Source of the DNA: Macrostomum lignano
Lineage: Eukaryota
Assembly: GCA_002269645.1 (NCBI GenBank)
Contig: NIVC01005111.1
Span: forward strand, 1 to 26,025
Length of the DNA: 26,025 nucleotides
Direction of reading: 5' to 3'
Position 1 is the first letter of the stretch; the number at the start of each line of letters is the position of its first letter. Both the position numbers and the translations under genes were made by a program. This document shows, piece by piece, positions 19,848 to 26,025 of the stretch. The notes beneath the pieces are model-generated. The model searched no databases, was not told where the DNA came from, and saw nothing but the letters and a program-made list of their open reading frames with translations.

Positions 19848-20168
19848 TGGGCACCCCATGCAATATTTCTATTTTCTACTATTGTAAGTAGAAAATAGAA
19901 TTCTACTTTCAGCTTCAGCTTTAAACTGCTGAATTCTATCTCAATTCCCGGAGAATAGGATAGGATCTCATAATATTATTAACTATCCTATGGGCTCATC
20001 TCTTAAGTAGATTGCTACTATAAAAACGAAGCTTCTAGCAGGAAGAGAAGTATGCAAATAACAAACACAAATGTTTTTGTTTTAATCGGTGCCTCCGATC
20101 AAACACCAAACAAGTCTTGATCGCGTTTGTTTATTTAGCACAGGACAGTTCGGGTTATTCGAACTATT

Positions 20169-20456
20169 TTACAGCTTGATGCAGCTGATGATCTGGATGG
20201 CGCTGCCACCGCACTTGCTGGCCAGGCAGGTGGCCAGCTTGCTGATGTTGGTGCCGCCGGAGAAGAAGCAGGTGATCAGGTTGGAGATCAGGCAGGTCGC
20301 GGAGCTGATGCCGTTCTGCTGCAGGCAGTTGGTGTCGATGCTCAGCACGGGCACGACCTCGTGAATGATGTCGTTAATGACCTCATTCTTCTGCTCAGGG
20401 GTGTAGGAGGCGGCGGCGAAGGCCACGAGAGCGAACAGGCAGGCGAGCTTGTACAT
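20169..20456 (-). CDS. Small secreted six-cysteine peptide precursor, copy 2
   Basis: Translation identical to 4399-4686, with the same TATA and AATAAA. Confidence 0.9.
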   Translation of the reverse strand: MYKLACLFALVAFAAASYTPEQKNEVINDIIHEVVPVLSIDTNCLQQNGISSATCLISNLITCFFSGGTNISKLATCLASKCGGSAIQIISCIKL

Positions 20457-21509
20457 GGCTGTGCTGTTGTGTGCTTTGGCGCTGATGTGGAAGGCTTGTT
20501 CTAGTTAGTTGATGAATATGGTTTTGACTCGGCCAGCCGTGCCTTTATTTATAATACCGCTGTGCCGCTGCAGGTGACGCTGTCTCGGACACTCCTGCTT
20601 CGCCCACGGCCCTGTCAAACTTGTCAATTAATTGGTTGTCCGAGGTCACCTGGCTGCGAATCGAACTCTGGCATGCAGTGTAGATTTTCCTTGGTTTTTA
20701 GGCTACTAAATTGTGTAGAGTTCAAAAAAGTTCGTGGGACACTGGCATGTGCGCGAGGCGTCAAAGAGTTTTAGTTGTCAGCGCGGACTTGATTTTATGC
20801 TATGTTTGGATTCTAGTTTGAAAAAATTGTCACCTACAAGTTACAAAATTGTTTGAAGGGTTATTTTCTGTTCTTGACCTTCTCTTCTCAGTTTGTAAAC
20901 TCGCAAATCTATGATTTTCTGAAATTTCAATTCAGATAATCTGGAAGAAACTGCATGCGTAAGTGCGGACCAGGATCGTACATTTCTGTGTATTGGCGCA
21001 ATTTTAAGTAGCATGAATAGTAATAATAATAACAACTGATTACCAAGGACTACTTAAGAACACAGGACGTTACACTTGGAAATATTGGCAGAATTCTAAA
21101 AGGCCGATTTGAATGTGTGTCTATGGTTTTAGTGGCCTTTTTGCTATTTGAAGCAATGTGTATAATACATGAATAGAAATTAAAGTCTAATGAATAAAGC
21201 TTTTTATATGCATGTGTTCCGACAAAATATTTATATTTATATAGAAGCAATGGTCAAAGCCTTTATCCAGGAGTCAATTTCAGCCTCTTCTTTCGGAAAA
21301 GTATACACGGTGCACCTTTTACCGCTTTTGTAGTTGCTGGTGCAGCCTGGAACGCAACACTTCGTCGGCATCTTGTATAACTCAATTGACAATTTAATTT
21401 GAAGAAAGAAATAAAAGATCCAGAGAACACAGAAGAAGTGATCTGTTTGCGATCTTGTCTGCTTGGTGCTCTAAGCTAGACTTGTGGGTTATAAGAATCA
21501 TACTCATAT

Positions 21510-21956
21510 AACAACAACAACAAAATACGCTGTCAGGATGGCAAAAGTCAGCGTCACAGGGCGCGCCTCATGGCTTGGGCGCGAACAAAGGCCGCGCCAC
21601 CGGCAGTGTCCGGGGCGCCGGCGTTAGCTAGCAGACAGTCGACATAACGCCGAGTTCGCGCTTGACCTCGCCGGTAGGGTGCCTGCAGCGTGAGCAGCAG
21701 CACCTCCTGCATCGGCTGTGGGCAGTACGACTCGGCGCGGATGAGATGGCCTGCGAGCTGGAGTCGCCGATGGCACAGTAGATCGCGCCACACGCCCTCA
21801 ATTACCCCAGCTAATGCTGGCACCCATTTTTTTTACAGCTGGATGAACTGAAGCAATGCAGAGTTAAGTGGTCTTGTTCAAGGACACAAATTGCTCCGAG
21901 TGGGTCGAGAATCAAACCCCCGACGCTCTAATCACTACTAGGCTACTGCAACCCCC
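21510..21956 (-). mobile_element. tRNA/CORE-like/RTE-tail SINE, copy 2
   Basis: Same as 5740-6186. Confidence 0.72.
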
Positions 21957-22480
21957 TCCTAGGCTACAACACTGCATGCTATAAACGTCAAATCCAATTA
22001 TCTGTAGCGTTTCTGACAAAAAAGACTTAAAACGATGCCCAGAGCCTTTGTTAGGTAGACAGTAGTATAGCTAACTTTTTACTTGCAAATATGTGAAAAA
22101 CGCAAATAAGGCTGTTGCGCTCCTTCCCGAGTTCTGTCAGTTGTACCTAAATTGAACTCGCTGCTCTGGGAGTTGCTAGATAGTACCGCAGTACTGCCTA
22201 TCGATTTGCCTGAGAAGAACCTAAAACGTTAGCCTTAGACTTGGTAGGGCTGCTGCCACCTTGGTTTGCGGACTCGACTCGTCGGAAGATTTGTATATCC
22301 GTAACCTGAAATAAATAAAAAGTCGCTCGGAGCAAGACAAATCTGAAACTGTCTCGACAGTTGATCGAGATGTTCCTACAATTGCTGTGCGAATCTGAAA
22401 ATCTGTAAGCCTGAAATGAGAGAGGGGGAGCTCCTTGCCGGCGGACTCCGGTTGAGGAAAAACAGCTTCCAGGTGCTCCG

Positions 22481-22770
22481 TATTTATAGCCGAGCGGGCC
22501 CCGAAAGTCACGTGAGTTCCATGCGATGAGCGCGTGAAACTTTCTTATTTGGACCTCAGAGTCATGCAAGAGAGGCGTGATTCAAGGCCAACTTCCAAAT
22601 AAGGCAAACTGTCAGGCAACAGTGGCGTGACTCAAGGTCAAATGCCTCACTCTATGCATGCACAGTCACGTGCTTTTATGTGCTAAAAAAATTTGGGTGG
22701 ATGAGTCATCCTGTTTACTCCCTCCAGACAGCCATTACACTCTGCATGCGGGTGAGCAGGGGGTGAGTCA
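22481..22770 (-). promoter_or_regulatory. TATA/AP-1/E-box module, copy 2
   Basis: Same motifs as 6712-7001. Confidence 0.5.
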
Positions 22771-23345
22771 TCCTGCTTCTCCTCTTCAACGCGGGTGGGG
22801 AAATCATTGTGTGTGGCCACCTGCACGCCTGCTCGGCGATCGGGCAGTAAACACTTAGGCCCAGCACAGGGCATCTCTCCCTAGATCAGGCGGACTGGAC
22901 TGCTGTGCAGCGGAACACAGTCCCTAGGAAAGGCTAGTGAATGCTGCGACATAACTAGTTTGCAGCCAGTCGCTACAAGACGAACTAGCTAAAATTGTGA
23001 CTGCGCCGCGCCAATGCAGCTTCCAAACTGTCCTGTGCGCTTAAATAAGTTTTGTCAGTGGGGCAGAGCGCGCAACCGTATTGTCCAAAAATTGTGCTAG
23101 AATAAGGATTGCACTGTTGCGGCCCACCAGTCCAACGCAATTTGGTGCCGAATCTGTGTCGCAACTCGCAACGCGCTGCTTCAATGAGCAAAGAGCTAAT
23201 TAATAAATTCAGTCGATAGTCAGAATTCTGGGATACTATAATCAGAAGGGGCAGAAGTCGAGACTGGACTCACATTATGTACAAGAAAATTTGTAAGCAA
23301 TGGACCAAGAACCAGTTGGGGTCAGTCAAGATCTTCGGCAGATGC

Positions 23346-26025
23346 TGTCATGACTTAAGGGGTGGGGCCGCGTGGTAGGGGTGGAGCTTGTTTAGTAAGC
23401 CTAGTTAGCAGTACGTACGTTAATGTACATGCGCGGGCCACCGTGCCCCTTGGCCTATAAAATATACAGAGCGTGGAGGGTTTTGCCTCAACTGAGTTTA
23501 CTCCAGAATAAGCGACTTGACTTCATTACAATTGGCGACGAGAATGGCTTCAGTTGGACAACTAGAGCCTTACGAAGAAGGCAAAGATTGGGACGCCTAT
23601 CAAGAGCGAATGGACTCTTACATGCTTGCAAACGGCATAGAAGGCGACGACAAGAAGAAGGCAGTGTTTCTGACATTGATTGGCGAACGATGCTACGCAG
23701 TCCTGCGGGATCTCTGCAGTCTGACCAAGCCAACAGATCTGCAATTAGGGATTCCAAAATCCCGACATTTTACAATCCCGGGATTGAATAGTCCCGAAAT
23801 CCGATGCTGTTGAAATCCCGGAATTCAAAATCCCGGAATCCCGGTGCTTTTGCAATCCCGGGATTAAAAATCCCGGGATTCGATTCCCAAAAAAATCCCG
23901 GGATTCAAATCCCGGATTTTTGGCTCCAATCCCGGATCCCGGGATTGGAATCCCTAAGCTAGACGGACTGTGCGGCGTGCCGCGTGCAGTAGTCATGGTC
24001 TCGCGACTCTCAGAGTCTCAGGGCCTTTTCATATTACCGATTCCAGAACCAGAATCGGTTCGGAATTCCAAGAAAAACAGCAGTATAACTATTAAACTCT
24101 GTTAATATTTGACTGCCTTAACAGCCTCACTTTGCACGATTTTTCACTTTCTTTTTGGCGATTGTCATTCAATAATAAAAACTTTATAGCACGTATCTCC
24201 CTCTAGTTATGGAGACAAAAAGTTATACTTCACAAAATGGTTCTGGTTCTGGAACCAGAACAAGCAATATGAAAAGGCCCTCAGTCTCGTCTCGTGGTGG
24301 AAAACGAAAAAAAGTTAAAATTATCTATAATTTACAGTTCACAATAACAATTTTTAGCTCAATTAGGACAGGAGCTTTGCAAATGTGTAACGTTTCATTG
24401 AGAAACAGCAAAAACAAATAAATGTTTTATTATTCAAATAAACGTTTAGACTTTAAATTATCTAATTTAGGCATTGAAAGGTTGTTCTAATCCCGGACCA
24501 ATCCCGGGATTAAGGCCTTGAAATCCCGGGATCCCGATCCCGGACTTTTGCAATCCCGGGATTAAAAATCCCGGGATTCGATTCCCAAAAAATCCCGGGA
24601 TTCAAATCCCGGATTTTTGGCCCCAATCCGGGATCCCGGGATTGGAATCCCTATCTGCAATACAGCGCCCTCACCGAGCACCTTCAAAAGTACTTCAAAC
24701 CGAAGAAGCCAGTAATCGCTGAACGGTTCAAGTTCTACAAGCGAGCACAAAAGGACGGAGAGACGGCTGCTCAATTTCTGGCTGCGCTGCGGAATCTGAC
24801 CGATTCGTGCGAGTTCGAGGGGTTTCGAGAAGAAGCTCTCCGAGACTGTTTCGTCTGCAGTCTTCGAGACCAGCGGACCCAGCAGCGACTCCTGATGGAG
24901 GAGAAGCTCACGCTGGATGCGGCCAAGAAAATTGCCCTCGCGGCGGAGATTCCAAAGTCGGAAACTGAGCAGTGGAAATCGAGCTCAGAGGTCAGCTCAA
25001 TCCAGCAGGTAGCGCCAGACTCGAGGGCGTGCTACAGGTGCGGATTCAAAGGCCACCTGTCGGCAGCCTGCCACAGTGCCACTTCAGGACCGCAAAGTGC
25101 CACAACTGCGGGAAATTTGGACACCTGCAGAAAGTTTGCCGCTCAGCCAAGAAAGCCTCCAGTACAACGAAAGCCGGACGGTCAGAGAATGGACCAGCGC
25201 ACGCAATGCAAACGGAAAGAGGAGGAGGAAGCAGCAACAGGCCGGATTTCGCAAGTCACTGCATCGGCCAAGAATATCAGCGTAAGCCTGCTGGTGAATG
25301 ACCAGCCCCTCACCATGCAGCTGGACACGCGGTGCCTGCGTCAGCCTCGTACCAGAGTCGTTGTGAAAGCAGCTCGGCCGACCTCAGCTGACACCAACAC
25401 GCCTGCGACTCCGGACCTGGACGGGCGAGCCAATACAAGTCAAGGGAACAGCCGAGGTCATGGTCAACTACGACGGAAGACAGCATCATAAGCTGCCGCT
25501 GGTGGTCACCAGTCAGACCGGAGCCTGCCCATTGCTAGGACGCAATTGGCTGGAAAAAGTGCGACTCAACTGGACTCAGTTGTTTGCCAACCAGATCAGC
25601 CAGGCGCCGGCGCAGAAAAGCGGGCCTCTCGACCAGATGCTGGAGGAGTTCGCTGATGTTTTCGACGAGAGCCTGGGGCAGTTGAAGGATCAGACAGTCG
25701 CACTGAGACTTAAAAGTGACGCACATCCTCGATTCTGCAAGGCCAGACCCGTGCCATTCGCAGTGCGGGACAAGCTGGAGCTCGAGCTCCAGGACATGCT
25801 CAACAAAGGGTACGCCAGTGGTTCCGGTACTCAAGGCAGACGGCTCAGTCCGACTGTGCGGCGACTATAAACTGACGTTGAACCCTTAGCTCCACATCGA
25901 CCAGTACCCGCTGCCTACGCCTGAAGAGCTTTACGAGCAGGTGGACAGGGTCAGCTGTTCTCAAAACTCGATCTGTCACAATGTTATCTTCAGTTTCCAC
26001 TCGACGAAGAGAGCTGCAAGCTGAC
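23346..26025 (+). mobile_element. Mag-like Gypsy element, copy 2 (5' LTR 23346-23530; runs off the window within RT)
   Basis: Same GATGC flank, PBS, hAT insertion, footprint (25068-25083) and stop codons as copy 1. Confidence 0.96.
23746..24653. mobile_element. Composite hAT-type element, copy 2 (908 bp)
   Basis: Same TCTGCAAT TSD and TIRs; 11 bp shorter than copy 1 within the CCCGGGAT arrays. Confidence 0.92.

Larger units (their letters stand above)
15769..26025. repeat. Tandem segmental duplication unit, copy 2 (partial; equivalent to 1-10266)
   Basis: Direct alignment to copy 1. ORF translations are identical over 1023-6053 vs 16793-21823; scattered substitutions and 1-9 bp indels appear after 22196. 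Confidence 0.97.

Overview
This is eukaryotic, animal-like, transposon-rich DNA, not a prokaryotic locus. Short GT-AG intron candidates, TATA/CCAAT promoters, SINE/LINE/LTR content and very high GC3 in the one clear host gene all point that way. A flatworm such as Macrostomum is my guess from repeat style only and is unverified. The window is a head-to-tail tandem duplication of a ~15,768-bp unit: one full copy (1-15768) plus the first ~10.27 kb of the next (15769-26025). Each unit carries, in order: (i) a Crypton-type tyrosine-recombinase (DUF3504-like) gene behind a 145-bp strand-asymmetric hairpin built with tandem G.A pairs; (ii) an internally deleted THAP/P-like transposase remnant; (iii) a 170-bp TIR element; (iv) the only clearly intact host gene, an intronless 95-aa secreted six-cysteine peptide with TATA box, Kozak context and AATAAA; (v) a tRNA-head/CORE-like/RTE-tail SINE; (vi) an AP-1/E-box/TATA module; (vii) a full-span but heavily mutated Mag-clade Ty3/Gypsy element (185-bp LTRs, GATGC TSD, tRNA-Ser PBS) that holds a composite hAT MITE with an 8-bp TSD and a separate hAT-type excision footprint; (viii) two (CTA)n microsatellites, a candidate orphan exon and a triple-CCAAT/TATA promoter. 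Most entries in the supplied ORF track are antisense shadows, repeat artefacts or fragments of the broken gag-pol. Whether the duplication is real or an assembly artefact cannot be settled from the sequence alone.
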